Assembly (NCBI GenBank): GCA_902535055.1
Contig: CACASI010000001.1
Span: 53,427-117,426, forward strand
Direction: 5' to 3'
Length of the DNA: 64,000 nt
Source: an uncultured Candidatus Actinomarina sp.
Lineage (GTDB): Bacteria; Actinomycetota; Acidimicrobiia; Actinomarinales; Actinomarinaceae
In this document: piece by piece, positions 11,204 to 21,833 of the stretch
How positions within the stretch are numbered: the stretch's first letter is position 1
Layout: every line of letters starts with the position of its first letter
Notes under the pieces: generated by a model
Databases searched by the model: none
The model's input: only the letters and a program-made list of their open reading frames with translations
What the model was told of the DNA's origin: nothing
Position numbers and translations under genes: made by a program

Positions 11204-12204
11204 TTATTTGTTATTTTAAATAGCACGGCATCACCAAAACTTAAAAATTTTAATTCTTTTTTAAGTGCATAGCTGTATAGATCTTTCCAATTATCTCCAT
11301 AAATTGCATGAACAATAGAAATTAGAGTACTTCTTGGAGCATGAAAATTAGTAATTAAATAGTCTGCAATATTAAATTTAAAATCTTTAGTTATAAATAA
11401 ATCAGTTGAACCCTTTAATTCAGACGTAATATTTACATACTCCAATGCTCTTAACGTTGTAGTCCCAACGCAGTAAATTTTATATCCGTTCTTTTTCTTT
11501 TTAATAATATTTTCATATGTATTTCTTTGAATCTGATAATTTTCTGAATGAATATTAAAATCTTCAACATAATCTGTTGAGATGGGCTTAAAAGTACCAA
11601 GTCCTATATCTAGATTTATAAAATCAATCTCTATACCCTTATCCTTTAATTTTTGGAAAATATCTGATGTAAAGTGTAAGCCAGCTGTAGATGACGCTGT
11701 AGAAAAACCTTTCTTGCTAAAAAAGTTTTTATAGTATTTATATTTATGTTTTTCATCAATGATGTACGGAGGCAAAGGAGTAATTCCAAATTTTTGAATG
11801 ATATCTATTACTGGCGTAGAAAATATTACCTTAAACCTATCTTCTTCATGTGAAACTAATGTTATATTAAAATTCTCAAGTTTGATTTCTTCATTAAGTT
11901 TCTTTTTTCCACTAGTTTTTATAAGGCATAATGCTGTGTCTTCATTTAAAACTTCCAATATAAAAATTTCAAATTTTCCACCTGTTTCAAACTTTCGTGT
12001 TCTGATTCTTGCATCAACTACTTGTGAAGAGTTAAATATCATTAAAGATTTTGAATCAATTATTTTATTTATTTCTGAAAATTTGTAAATTTCCTTTGTT
12101 GAAGCATCAAGTAGCTTTGAATCTTCAGGGTTTTTATACGGTTCTTGAGCTATAGATTCAATAGGTAATTCATAATCTAATTCAGATACTGGTGTTTTAT
12201 TCAC
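11200..12204 (-). CDS. queA: S-adenosylmethionine:tRNA ribosyltransferase-isomerase
   Basis: 334 aa with the QueA N-terminal motif (LDYELPIESIAQEP) and a 4-nt overlap with tgt. Confidence 0.85.
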   Translation of the reverse strand: MNKTPVSELDYELPIESIAQEPYKNPEDSKLLDASTKEIYKFSEINKIIDSKSLMIFNSSQVVDARIRTRKFETGGKFEIFILEVLNEDTALCLIKTSGKKKLNEEIKLENFNITLVSHEEDRFKVIFSTPVIDIIQKFGITPLPPYIIDEKHKYKYYKNFFSKKGFSTASSTAGLHFTSDIFQKLKDKGIEIDFINLDIGLGTFKPISTDYVEDFNIHSENYQIQRNTYENIIKKKKNGYKIYCVGTTTLRALEYVNITSELKGSTDLFITKDFKFNIADYLITNFHAPRSTLISIVHAIYGDNWKDLYSYALKKELKFLSFGDAVLFKITNK

Positions 12205-12558
12205 TTACTTATTTAGTAAGCTAATAAACAAATCATAAGACATAGAGACAACTTCTGGAATACCATCGCTACTGCGTCTTTTATTGCCAGATTGTCTTTT
12301 TAATTTTTTCCAAAATAAGACTGTATTTTTATCTCCAGATTTTTCTAGAGCTTTTTCTAATGATTGATGAATGTTTAAATTTTGTCTTGATTTTGCTTCA
12401 ATAAAATATTCGACTCCATCCACAAATAGTTGTATATCGCCAAGATCATTTGAACCACCCTCAGCAAATCTTTGAGCTTTCATGTTCGAATTTTTGTTTA
12501 ATCTTTTGACTATATTAGTTTCGTAAGTAGTACCCTGTTTTTTAGCTTTATTGACCAC
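12205..12558 (-). CDS. Hjc-like (archaeal-type) Holliday junction resolvase, a small PD-(D/E)XK nuclease
   Basis: 117 aa. The pattern G..YE..IVK.L....KA.R.A.GGSNDLGDI.LF..G..YFIEAKS matches the Hjc core (GxxxERELV...GS..DLVA...KYL.IEVK), with catalytic E, D and ExK positions present. It lies between yebC and queA, where ruvC-ruvA-ruvB normally sit. Confidence 0.5.
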   Translation of the reverse strand: MVNKAKKQGTTYETNIVKRLNKNSNMKAQRFAEGGSNDLGDIQLFVDGVEYFIEAKSRQNLNIHQSLEKALEKSGDKNTVLFWKKLKRQSGNKRRSSDGIPEVVSMSYDLFISLLNK

Positions 12559-12577
12559 AAACTAATTGTAGCTAAAT

Positions 12578-13321
12578 TTATTGTGTTATTGCTTCTTCTA
12601 GGAGTTTGTTATCTATGTCAAAATTTGCATAAACATTTTGTACATCGTCCAAATCTTCAAGTGCTTCAATTAATTTAGATAACTTGTTAAATCCATTTAA
12701 ATCTAAATTTATTGAAGTAGATGGTAAATACGCAATTTCAGAATTAACTAAATTGAATTCTGAAGATCTAAATAGTTCGTCAATTTTTTGAAATTCAGAT
12801 GGATTAAATTCTAAGGTTACACCATTTTCATTTTCTTGAATATCAACACAGTTATTATCAATCGCTATATCTATAATATCTTCCTTATATTCATCAAATT
12901 GGAAAATTGCTTTACGTGCGAATAAGTAATTGACACTTCCTGGAGATCCAGTACTTCCTTCGTATTTATTAAATGTAGCTTTAACGTCAGAAGACGTTCT
13001 GTTCTTGTTGTCTGTTAAACATTCAACCAATATCGCAACACCACTAGGACCATATCCTTCATAGGTAATTTCATCAAATACACCTATTGATGAATCACCG
13101 TTTATTCTTTTTAACGCGTTTTCAATATTCGAATTAGGAACAGAATTTGATTTTGCTTTACTGATAGCCTGGTATAACGATGCATTGTTATTTGGATCAG
13201 CACCTCCAGTTTTGCCAGCAACCTCAATTGCTCTTATAAGTTTTGCAAAAAGTTTGCCTCTTTTGGCATCATTTGCACCTTTTTTGCGTTTTATCGTTGA
13301 CCATTTAGAGTGACCTGACAT
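12578..13321 (-). CDS. yebC: YebC/PmpR family DNA-binding transcriptional regulator
   Basis: 247 aa starting [25 protein letters not shown], the canonical YebC N-terminus. Confidence 0.9.
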   Translation of the reverse strand: MSGHSKWSTIKRKKGANDAKRGKLFAKLIRAIEVAGKTGGADPNNNASLYQAISKAKSNSVPNSNIENALKRINGDSSIGVFDEITYEGYGPSGVAILVECLTDNKNRTSSDVKATFNKYEGSTGSPGSVNYLFARKAIFQFDEYKEDIIDIAIDNNCVDIQENENGVTLEFNPSEFQKIDELFRSSEFNLVNSEIAYLPSTSINLDLNGFNKLSKLIEALEDLDDVQNVYANFDIDNKLLEEAITQ

Positions 13322-13889
13322 TTAAACCGTCCTTTAGAAAATTTTTAAGCCATTCTAGATAAATAATATCATTTGAAAGTTCTGGATGAAATGATAACCC
13401 AACAATATTATTTTCATGTATACCAACAACTTCTTCATCTATTAATGCAATAGGAGTGACTGTGTTAGCGTAAGATATTATTTTTGGTGCTCTAATAAAA
13501 CAATACATTTCCTTATTACCATTAAAATCAACCAAGCCCTCAAAAGATTCATTTTGACGTCCATATGCATTTCGTTCTACAACTGTGTTTAAACAAGAAA
13601 TTGATGATTGACCATCAATAACATCATTTGCTAGCAGAATTAATCCAGCACATGTTCCCAAAGTTGGCATTCCTTCATTTATTTTAATTTTGATGGATTC
13701 GAACAAATCATCATTCTTTTGAATTTTCATCATTGTTGTTGATTCGCCACCGGGGAGAATTAATGAATCTATGCTATCAAGATCTGAAACAGATTTTATT
13801 AATTGATATTCTTTATCAATAAGTTCTAATGATTTTATGTGATCAAAAAACGATCCTTGGAGAGCTAATACTCCAGTTTTCATTACCAA
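13305..13889 (-). CDS. pdxT: pyridoxal 5'-phosphate synthase glutaminase subunit PdxT
   Basis: 194 aa class I glutamine amidotransferase with catalytic Cys (GTCAG) and a C-terminal His/Glu region. It is adjacent to pdxS. Confidence 0.9.
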   Translation of the reverse strand: MVMKTGVLALQGSFFDHIKSLELIDKEYQLIKSVSDLDSIDSLILPGGESTTMMKIQKNDDLFESIKIKINEGMPTLGTCAGLILLANDVIDGQSSISCLNTVVERNAYGRQNESFEGLVDFNGNKEMYCFIRAPKIISYANTVTPIALIDEEVVGIHENNIVGLSFHPELSNDIIYLEWLKNFLKDGLNVRSL

Positions 13890-14767
13890 CCTCTTTTGGC
13901 TAGTTTCTCCGTCTCATCTAAATCGTCAATATTTAGTCCAACCATAGGTTCACCTAGTTCTTTAGATACTTCAACAAGTTTTTCTGGATTGTCAAAGTTT
14001 GTAGTTGCAATCACAATAGCTTCAGCACGTTCTTTAGGGTCACCACTTTTAAAGATTCCTGAACCAACAAATACACCATCACAACCAAGCTGCATCATTA
14101 AAGCTGCATCCGCAGGTGTTGCTATTCCGCCTGCAGCAAAATTTACAACAGGTAATTTTTTTGACTCGTGTATGTCTTTAACAACTTCAAAAGGTGCTCT
14201 TATTTCTTTAGCTATTGACATAAGACTATTTACATCAGCAGTAATAATTTTATTTATACCATCGGTCATACTTCTCATGTGTCTTACAGCTTCAATAACA
14301 TTACCAGTTCCAGCTTCACCTTTAGTTCTAATCATTGCAGCACCTTCACCAATTCTTCTACATGCTTCACCTATATCAGTAGCACCGTTGACAAATGGAG
14401 TTTTTATATCATGTTTATAAATATGATTTTTATCATCAGCAGGTGTTAAAACTTCACTTTCGTCAATAAAATCTATACCAAGTGACTCAAGCATTTGTGC
14501 TTCAACAAAATGACCTATTCTTGCTTTAGCCATTACAGGAATACTTACGGAATCAATAACTTCTTGGATAGTTTCAACAGATGACATCCTAGCTACACCA
14601 CCTTCAGCACGAATATCAGCAGGTATACGTTCTAAGGCCATAACAGCTACAGCCCCAGACTTTTCAGCTATCACAGCTTGTTCAGCGTTGACCACATCCA
14701 TGATTACGCCGCCTTTTAACATTTCAGCTAAACCTTTTTTAATTTTAAAAGTCGATTCAATTTTCAT
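13883..14767 (-). CDS. pdxS: pyridoxal 5'-phosphate synthase lyase subunit PdxS
   Basis: 294 aa highly conserved (beta/alpha)8 protein ([34 protein letters not shown]). Confidence 0.95.
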   Translation of the reverse strand: MKIESTFKIKKGLAEMLKGGVIMDVVNAEQAVIAEKSGAVAVMALERIPADIRAEGGVARMSSVETIQEVIDSVSIPVMAKARIGHFVEAQMLESLGIDFIDESEVLTPADDKNHIYKHDIKTPFVNGATDIGEACRRIGEGAAMIRTKGEAGTGNVIEAVRHMRSMTDGINKIITADVNSLMSIAKEIRAPFEVVKDIHESKKLPVVNFAAGGIATPADAALMMQLGCDGVFVGSGIFKSGDPKERAEAIVIATTNFDNPEKLVEVSKELGEPMVGLNIDDLDETEKLAKRGW

Positions 14768-14781
14768 ACTATTAATAATAA

Positions 14782-15804
14782 CTATATATTTTTATAGACA
14801 TAAATCCATTTTTGCAATACTTTATCCATGCTGTAATTTTGAGAAATATAATTGTATTGTTTCGACCAAATTTCATTTAAATTTTCTTCATTAAGATTAT
14901 TTATTGTCTTTTTAAGATCTTCAAAATTATCTTTAGCAAAGAAAATGCCAGAGTCATTTAACAAAGTTTTAAAAGCTTTAATATTTGAGCAAATAGCAAC
15001 ATTACCCTGATTGATTGCCTCTAATATCGTAATGCCAAAACTTTCAGATTTGTTGTTTGGAGCTATGTATATGCCAACATTACTAATTATTGATTTTTTA
15101 TCTATTTCAGATGGACTTATATGATATATAACAGATTTATTATCCGTTTTTTTATTAGTAACAGCTATAAATTTAAATTTTGATTCATAAAAATCAGCTA
15201 ATTGAACAAAAAGTTTTAAATTTTTCCTTTTTTCATCTCTACCAATAAACAGAAAGTTACCATTATCTTCGTATCTAATATCTTTATTAATCTCAATCAT
15301 GTTTGGAATAATTACTATTCCCTTGTTTAAGGACGTAGCATTATTTAAAGCTTCACTACTTACAGCGGTTGAATACAATTTTTTATTCCTCGTAAATAAA
15401 TATAAAATCTTCAAACATGCTTTGATAAAATTTCCAATATTTGCATGATGCGTAACAATAATCTTTTTTTTAGTATGTAATCTCCAAAAGAAAAAAGGCA
15501 TGAATGGTTCGTGCACATGTATGACATCAGCCCAAGAAATTGCTTCATTAATTATTTTCTTACTAGGAAAAAAATTTATTGGGTTCTGTGAACCATTAAA
15601 CGGAATCTTGACAGAATTTCCGATGTCGTAATCATAAGATGATGGTCCAAGTATTTTTGTATTGATACCTTTATTAACGAGTCCATTTTTTAATAACTTA
15701 ACTTGATTCTGTACACCACCATGATGATCTAAATCGTAAGGACAGACGAGTAAGACTTTAATATTCAGCTGTCCATATTGGTTGTATAGAGTGCCAATCA
15801 TTGA
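14782..15804 (-). CDS. GT4-family glycosyltransferase, PimA-like
   Basis: The N-terminal [14 protein letters not shown] matches the PimA/GT4 start (MRIGMVCPY..GGVQ). The C-terminal half has the GT-B EX7E region. The track ORF extends to 15894; the likely start is the internal ATG at 15804, which overlaps the upstream gene by about 47 nt. Confidence 0.7.
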   Translation of the reverse strand, partial: SMIGTLYNQYGQLNIKVLLVCPYDLDHHGGVQNQVKLLKNGLVNKGINTKILGPSSYDYDIGNSVKIPFNGSQNPINFFPSKKIINEAISWADVIHVHEPFMPFFFWRLHTKKKIIVTHHANIGNFIKACLKILYLFTRNKKLYSTAVSSEALNNATSLNKGIVIIPNMIEINKDIRYEDNGNFLFIGRDEKRKNLKLFVQLADFYESKFKFIAVTNKKTDNKSVIYHISPSEIDKKSIISNVGIYIAPNNKSESFGITILEAINQGNVAICSNIKAFKTLLNDSGIFFAKDNFEDLKKTINNLNEENLNEIWSKQYNYISQNYSMDKVLQKWIYVYKNI

Positions 15805-16627
15805 TGTCCATTGAAAGCAGCTCCTCGAAACTATTTGATAATGTCTTGAGACCTTGTTGAATGCTTGTAGCTTCATTTTCAAATAGTGGGACATAAAAAG
15901 GGTTGTGAAAATAAAGCATGTAACCTGACGATTTTTTAATCATTGCTGTTGGAACTATTGGTACCCCCGTTTTTAAAGATAATGCAACTGGTCCTCTCGG
16001 GAATGATGCAATATTAGAAAAGAATTCAACAGCAACGCCAGATTTGTTTACACTTCTGTCAGACAACAAACATATGTCTTTCCCACTAATTAATTTCTCT
16101 TCAAGGGTATTGAAAGTATTTTGACCTTTTCCACCAATGATAATTTCTATTCCAAGACTCTCTCTCAATTTTTTAAACCAATTTAGAACATACTTATTTG
16201 ATAATGGTTCTGCTACAGCTAATAAATCTAAATTAATATTATTACCAGCTGGAATTGCAAATTCCCAATTACCCATATGAGGTAATGCAAAAATAAGACC
16301 AGGATATTGTTTTTTTAGTTTTTTGACGTTGTCATGATTGATTACTTCCATATTCTTAGATATGTATTTATCGAAATTATTATTAGTTAACCAAAGCGTT
16401 TCTAACCAGTATCTAGAATAATTAATTTTTACTAACAAAGGATCATATCGTAATTTTTTAGGTTCGAATATTTCTTTTTTTCTTTTATATAGTTTTGCTG
16501 AAGTTCTGAATGTGAAAATAAAATATATAAATCCAATTGGGTAAGAAAGAAAGCGAACAAAATTAAAAGGTAAGATTTTTAATACCCCGTGAAAAAAACG
16601 TATAAACAGATATTGAAAGAGTTTCAT
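15758..16627 (-). CDS. lysophospholipid/lipid A-type acyltransferase (LPLAT superfamily, PatA-like)
   Basis: The HtrB/PatA-like acyltransferase fold sits between the pimA-like and pgsA-like genes, as in the mycobacterial pimA-Rv2611c-pgsA1 cluster. The likely start is the internal ATG at 16627, which overlaps the pgsA stop by 1 nt (TAATG). Confidence 0.65.
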   Translation of the reverse strand: MKLFQYLFIRFFHGVLKILPFNFVRFLSYPIGFIYFIFTFRTSAKLYKRKKEIFEPKKLRYDPLLVKINYSRYWLETLWLTNNNFDKYISKNMEVINHDNVKKLKKQYPGLIFALPHMGNWEFAIPAGNNINLDLLAVAEPLSNKYVLNWFKKLRESLGIEIIIGGKGQNTFNTLEEKLISGKDICLLSDRSVNKSGVAVEFFSNIASFPRGPVALSLKTGVPIVPTAMIKKSSGYMLYFHNPFYVPLFENEATSIQQGLKTLSNSFEELLSMDINDWHSIQPIWTAEY

Positions 16628-17193
16628 TACAAATTCTTGTATAGGATAATAAATCTTTGATAAACGGTAGTCCATAAAATAAGAGTAAAGATATAAACAG
16701 CTGTAAAAGGTAATGAAAATAACATGTAAATCACTGCAAAAATAACTCTTTCTGGTCTTGCAGCTAAACCTACTTTATTATCGATTCCTAATGTTTCACC
16801 TCTTGCTCTCAAATAAGGTACTAGCGTTGATCCTGAAAGTACTAAGAATATAAAAAACAAATGAATATCTGATTCTGTAAATTTAATAGCAACCACACTC
16901 CAAATAAAAAGTTCGCCAATTCTATCGATAAATGAATCAATTAATGCCCCTTTATCCGACATAGTATTTGTTTTTCTAGCTAATGGTCCATCAAGACCAT
17001 CAATTGCACTACCAAGAAAAATAACAATGGCACCTAAAGTTTTAAGGTCTATAAATAATAAATAACATCCTAGGGTTACGACTAACAAACCAATTATTGA
17101 AAGTACATTAGGTTTTATACCAATGAATATACAAAATTTAATAAAAGGTGAAGCAAACTTTTCAGAATGCTCCTTTAAATACTTCTCAAGCAT
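16627..17193 (-). CDS. pgsA: CDP-alcohol phosphatidyltransferase (PgsA / phosphatidylinositol synthase-like)
   Basis: 188 aa membrane protein with the CDP-OH phosphatidyltransferase motif DGxxARx8GxxxDxxxD (DGLDGPLARK...GALIDSFIDRIGE). Confidence 0.75.
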   Translation of the reverse strand: MLEKYLKEHSEKFASPFIKFCIFIGIKPNVLSIIGLLVVTLGCYLLFIDLKTLGAIVIFLGSAIDGLDGPLARKTNTMSDKGALIDSFIDRIGELFIWSVVAIKFTESDIHLFFIFLVLSGSTLVPYLRARGETLGIDNKVGLAARPERVIFAVIYMLFSLPFTAVYIFTLILWTTVYQRFIILYKNL

Positions 17194-17677
17194 CTAATAC
17201 ATCTTCTGTGTAAACATCATTAATTAAATCAAGACTATAAGCATTTATTTCAACAATTGATTTTAACTTGGGAGGATTTTCGTGGCTATAAACTATCACT
17301 GTCCAAACAGGATTTAAAAATAAAGGCTTTAATTTAAATTCAAAAGTTAAAGCAATAGAGTAATAACCAATTGAATGTGTAATGATATTTTCAAGATGTT
17401 CAATAATAGAATTTTGATTTAATGAAATTCGATTATCAATTAAATATATGAATATGGCAACTAAAAACAGTATTAAGGAAGTTGTAGCAAAATTAATCCA
17501 GTCTATAAAATAATTAAGTAATAAATTTAAGAATGCGATTACAGATACTAAGTGACCAAATCTTCTACGACGAATTGGATCGGGAATAACATAACTACCA
17601 ACTGCTAGAGAGTTTAAATCATCTGGTACATTCTGCCTTTGAACATCCTCCTCATTAATATTGATTCCTTCAACCAT
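17186..17677 (-). CDS. hypothetical membrane protein
   Basis: 163 aa with two predicted TM helices and no recognisable motif. It occupies the slot between thrS and pgsA. Confidence 0.4.
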   Translation of the reverse strand: MVEGININEEDVQRQNVPDDLNSLAVGSYVIPDPIRRRRFGHLVSVIAFLNLLLNYFIDWINFATTSLILFLVAIFIYLIDNRISLNQNSIIEHLENIITHSIGYYSIALTFEFKLKPLFLNPVWTVIVYSHENPPKLKSIVEINAYSLDLINDVYTEDVLDA

Positions 17678-19608
17678 TAGAGCTTAAACTTCGGAACTTT
17701 AATAACATTTTTAATTTGTTTAATTCCATCTTCTAGCTTGATATCTTTTTGATTATCTTGATTGTGAATATTTAACGCCATTGTTTGGGAACTAACATCT
17801 TTTTCTCCAATGATTATTGATATCGGTACTTTTTGTTTAGTTGAGTCATGAATTTTTTCGCCTAAGCGTATTGATCTATCATCAATTTCAAGTCTTACAT
17901 TTTTCAATGACTTTACTATTTCTTCAACATAATTTGATACTTCACCGATTGTCAATATTCTTACTTGAACTGGGGCTAGCCAACCTGGGAAATGACCTGC
18001 ATAATTTTCAATTAATATCCCAGTAAATCTTTCTATAGAACCCAACAATGCTCTATGAATCATGACTGGTCTAATTCGTTTGTTATTCGAATCTACATAC
18101 TGCAAATCAAAGTTGTCTGGTTGTGAAAAATCTACTTGTATAGTTGATAATTGCCATCTTCTGCCTATTGCATCTTTAACATGAAGATCTATTTTTGGTC
18201 CATAAAAGGCTCCCTCTCCATGAGCAGTTACATAAGATATATTCTGATTGTCTAATGCTGAAGCTAAACTATTTGTTGCCTTAACCCAGTCGTCTTCATT
18301 TCCAATTGATTTTTCGGGTCTAGTTGATAAGTCAGCTTCAATTGAATCAAATCCAAAGGCATTTAGTAGTTTTATTGAAAATGTTAAGAGATTTAGGATC
18401 TCTTCTTCAATTTGGTCACTAGTACAAAAAATATGTGCATCATCTTGTGTAAATCCTCTCGCTCTCAACAGTCCATGAAGTACTCCAGTCTTTTCATATC
18501 TATAAACAGAACCGAGTTCAAAAAAACGTAATGGTAATTCTTTATATGATCGTATATCACTTTTATAAATTAAAATATGAAAAGGGCAATTCATTGGCTT
18601 TAAGTAGTATTCATCATCTTCATTACCTTCATTTTTCAATGGTGGGTACATTCCTTCTTTGTAATAATCAAGATGACCCGAAGTTTCCCAAAGGACTGAA
18701 CGTCCAATGTGTGGAGTATATACATACTCATAACCATTATCTGCATGAGCTTTTTTTGAATAATCTTCAATATTTTGTCTAAGGATTGACCCTTTAGGTT
18801 TCCATAAAAACTGACCTGGCCCTATTTCATCAGTATTAACAAATAAATCTAATTCATTACCTAGTTTTCTATGATCTCTTTTTTCAGCTTCTTTTTGACG
18901 TGATAAATAATTATCTAAATCTTCTTTAGAGAACCATGCAGTACCATAAATTCTTTGAAGTTGAGGATTTGTTTCTATCCCACGCCAATAAGCCCCAGCT
19001 AATTTAGTTAACTTAAAATGGATTATTTGGCTTGTACTTGAAACATGAGGTCCTCTACAGAGATCTTCAAAGTTATCATTCTTGTAAATTGATATATTAT
19101 CCCCTTCGACACCCTCAGAAGGATCAGCAGTAGTAATTAATTCCTGTTTAAATTGCTGATTTAAGAACTTATTTTTTGCATCATTAATTGATATCTCTTC
19201 ACGAATAAAAAGTTGATTCGCTTTATTAATTCTTCTCATTTCATTTTCAATAGACGAAAGGTCACTTTCTTTAATATTTTCTTTAAACAAAAAATCATAA
19301 TAAAAGCCGTCTTCTATGGACGGTCCTACTGCGAATTCAGTACCAGGAAATAGATTTAGTACAGCTTGAGCAAGAACATGGGCAGTTGAATGCCTTAATG
19401 TATCTAATGCATATTTGTCTTGTTTTGTATAAATTTTGCATTTGGAGTCTTCTTTAATGACATAAGATAAGTCTTTTAACTCTCCATTAACATCAATACA
19501 TACAGCACTTTTTGCCAAGCTATTACTTATAGATTTAGCTATTGCTTGACCATCAATATCGGATTCAAATTCTTTAATTGAATTATCTGGAAGAGTTATT
19601 TTTATCAT
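17677..19608 (-). CDS. thrS: threonyl-tRNA synthetase
   Basis: 643 aa with a TGS domain, a second additional domain with an HxxxH zinc site (HSTAHV), a class II core and a C-terminal anticodon-binding domain. Confidence 0.9.
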   Translation of the reverse strand: MIKITLPDNSIKEFESDIDGQAIAKSISNSLAKSAVCIDVNGELKDLSYVIKEDSKCKIYTKQDKYALDTLRHSTAHVLAQAVLNLFPGTEFAVGPSIEDGFYYDFLFKENIKESDLSSIENEMRRINKANQLFIREEISINDAKNKFLNQQFKQELITTADPSEGVEGDNISIYKNDNFEDLCRGPHVSSTSQIIHFKLTKLAGAYWRGIETNPQLQRIYGTAWFSKEDLDNYLSRQKEAEKRDHRKLGNELDLFVNTDEIGPGQFLWKPKGSILRQNIEDYSKKAHADNGYEYVYTPHIGRSVLWETSGHLDYYKEGMYPPLKNEGNEDDEYYLKPMNCPFHILIYKSDIRSYKELPLRFFELGSVYRYEKTGVLHGLLRARGFTQDDAHIFCTSDQIEEEILNLLTFSIKLLNAFGFDSIEADLSTRPEKSIGNEDDWVKATNSLASALDNQNISYVTAHGEGAFYGPKIDLHVKDAIGRRWQLSTIQVDFSQPDNFDLQYVDSNNKRIRPVMIHRALLGSIERFTGILIENYAGHFPGWLAPVQVRILTIGEVSNYVEEIVKSLKNVRLEIDDRSIRLGEKIHDSTKQKVPISIIIGEKDVSSQTMALNIHNQDNQKDIKLEDGIKQIKNVIKVPKFKL

Positions 19609-19684
19609 TATATTTGTATATTAATTACGAATATATTCTACCTAAGAAACTATAAATTTTATTAACATCTGTTTTAATAAATAC

Positions 19685-20251
19685 ATGAAGAAAAATACGG
19701 ATGTAGTAATTAAAAAAAATAAAATTACTGTTGTTTTCAATAAGTTAATAAATAATCAAATTATTACACTCGAATTTACACCATTAAATAAATATCAACT
19801 AAGTTGCACCAATATATCAATAACTAATTTGTCGAAATCATTGCATATAAATTCAACAGATTTAAGAAAAATTAATATTCACAATCTGGTAAAAACAAGT
19901 ATTAAATTAATTGATAAGAATATTAAGTTAGAAATCTCAAAATATAAGAAAATCGATGCAAAATACTTACCTTCATTGAACAATAAGGATTTAATTCAAA
20001 TAATAAATAAGAACATTTATAAAAATAGAGATGAATTGTTGTCGGTATATTCACTTTTATATATAAATTTAGAGAGGGATTTTGGATCAAATATATCTGA
20101 AAAGATTTCAAAAAAAATTAAATATAAAGAAAGTTACGTTAAAAACTTAACTAAAGAGTGCTTTAAAGATGGGTTTCTAGTTAATTCAAAACCAGGTTTA
20201 GCTGGTGGAATACTCAGTACAAAAAGTTTGAAAATTCTCAGTTATCTTTAA
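19685..20251 (+). CDS. hypothetical protein with a C-terminal Rrf2-like winged HTH
   Basis: 188 aa, Lys/Asn-rich. The last ~45 aa (ISEKISKKIKYKESYVKNLTKECFKDGFLVNSKPGLAGGIL) resemble the Rrf2/IscR HTH plus the GPGGGY wing. It is divergent from thrS. Confidence 0.35.
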   Translation: MKKNTDVVIKKNKITVVFNKLINNQIITLEFTPLNKYQLSCTNISITNLSKSLHINSTDLRKINIHNLVKTSIKLIDKNIKLEISKYKKIDAKYLPSLNNKDLIQIINKNIYKNRDELLSVYSLLYINLERDFGSNISEKISKKIKYKESYVKNLTKECFKDGFLVNSKPGLAGGILSTKSLKILSYL

Positions 20252-20864
20252 TTGTTATTGAATTAATAATCACATCATTCAAAGGCTTGTCAGATGCATC
20301 AGTTTCAACCATTGCTATTTGGTCAATTACGTCTAAGCCTTGTGTTACTTTGCCGAAAATAGTGTACTGATAAGGTAGTGGATAGTCTGTATGCATTATA
20401 AAGAATTGGCTTCCGTTCGTATTAGGTCCCCTATTTGCCATTGCTAATATTCCTTTTTCATAAGGTATTGGATTATTCAATTCGTCTTCAAATTCGTATC
20501 CTGGATATTTCCCCATCTCACCATGACCTGTACCACTTGGATCTCCACCCTGAATCATAAAATCTTTTATTACACGATGAAAAATTATGTTGTTGTAATA
20601 ACCATCTTCAGATAATGAAACGAAGTTATTTACTGTATTTGGTGCAATATCTGTAAATAACTCTACAGTCATTAATCCTGAAGTTGTATTGATCTCGGCA
20701 GTATAAGTTTTGTCAACATCAATAGAAAATTCAGGTGGATTTTTGTAAGTTTTATCGTATGCCATAATTTCTTCCTTCATAGGTGTATTGTCTATTTCTA
20801 AATCAGTTTCATTTGTACCACAATAAATAAATACTAAGAAAATAAATAAAGAAATTTTTTTCAT
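20238..20864 (-). CDS. ppiB: cyclophilin-type peptidyl-prolyl cis-trans isomerase, probable lipoprotein
   Basis: 208 aa with a signal peptide and Cys (FIYCGT), and the cyclophilin core FHRVIKDFMIQGGDP...GTGHGE. Confidence 0.85.
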   Translation of the reverse strand: MKKISLFIFLVFIYCGTNETDLEIDNTPMKEEIMAYDKTYKNPPEFSIDVDKTYTAEINTTSGLMTVELFTDIAPNTVNNFVSLSEDGYYNNIIFHRVIKDFMIQGGDPSGTGHGEMGKYPGYEFEDELNNPIPYEKGILAMANRGPNTNGSQFFIMHTDYPLPYQYTIFGKVTQGLDVIDQIAMVETDASDKPLNDVIINSITIKDN

Positions 20865-21253
20865 TATCGTTCTATATTAGTCAATCTTACTGTAGATCTT
20901 GCACAGACATCTCCATTATTGGACAGTATCGCTTCCCATATCTGTGATCTTTTGCCGAGTTTGATTGGTGTTGCTTCACAGATAATGGTTCCACTTCTTA
21001 CTGCCTTGATGAAATCAGTGTTGTTATTAACGCCTACCCACTGACCTTCTTGAGTAAAATAAGCTGCATATGAAATAGCTGCTTCTGCCATAGTATCAAT
21101 CACTCCACCATGAACCATGCCCATGGGTTGTTTATGATATTCTTCAACATCAAGAGAACTCTTAATGTAACTTTCTTTGATTTCTAATATTTTGTGACCT
21201 ATAAAGGGATCAAAAGTTCCTTTAAGGAAATCATTATGATTCATGTTTTTCAA
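20864..21253 (-). CDS. PaaI/4HBT hotdog-fold thioesterase
   Basis: 129 aa with the HGG motif (MVHGGVIDTMAEAA) typical of PaaI-family thioesterases. Confidence 0.7.
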   Translation of the reverse strand: MKNMNHNDFLKGTFDPFIGHKILEIKESYIKSSLDVEEYHKQPMGMVHGGVIDTMAEAAISYAAYFTQEGQWVGVNNNTDFIKAVRSGTIICEATPIKLGKRSQIWEAILSNNGDVCARSTVRLTNIER

Positions 21254-21812
21254 ATACTCTCTTCAATCGTTGCTCACCTGTACCTGATACAAACCACCAC
21301 ACGCCAATAAACGTGGTGACCAATAATAAACCGATTATTACATAAAAATAAACTAATCCAAGATTTTTAATATAGATTTGATAAGAGGAAAATAAAAATG
21401 TTCCAATACCATATGCTGTTATAAATAAAGTTACAAAGCTGAACCATGTAAATCCCTTACCTAGAATTGCAACAACGATCTTTTTGTCATTAATAGGAAA
21501 AAAGTATTCATTTTCTAATTTATGAGCGATAAGAATTTCCTGATCAAATTCTTTATTTATTTCTGTTTCAATAAACTCTGTATATTGACGTGAAAATATT
21601 AAAAAGTAAGCATGAAAACTTAACAAAACTGATCCAAAAAGAGATATTAAAGGTAATAAATAAAAAGCATTGTCATTTTCAAATGAAAGAAAGATAAAAA
21701 TTGTATTTAAAATAAATAATATCCTCACATCAAGCAAAAATTGATTATGATAATATCGATTCATTGATCGCATTCTGTTTAATTGATCTTTATAAATAGT
21801 TATTTTATCCAT
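21234..21812 (-). CDS. hypothetical integral membrane protein
   Basis: 192 aa with four or five predicted TM helices and no conserved motif. Confidence 0.4.
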   Translation of the reverse strand: MDKITIYKDQLNRMRSMNRYYHNQFLLDVRILFILNTIFIFLSFENDNAFYLLPLISLFGSVLLSFHAYFLIFSRQYTEFIETEINKEFDQEILIAHKLENEYFFPINDKKIVVAILGKGFTWFSFVTLFITAYGIGTFLFSSYQIYIKNLGLVYFYVIIGLLLVTTFIGVWWFVSGTGEQRLKRVFEKHES

Positions 21813-21833
21813 TGGTTAAAGTCTATATTGATA

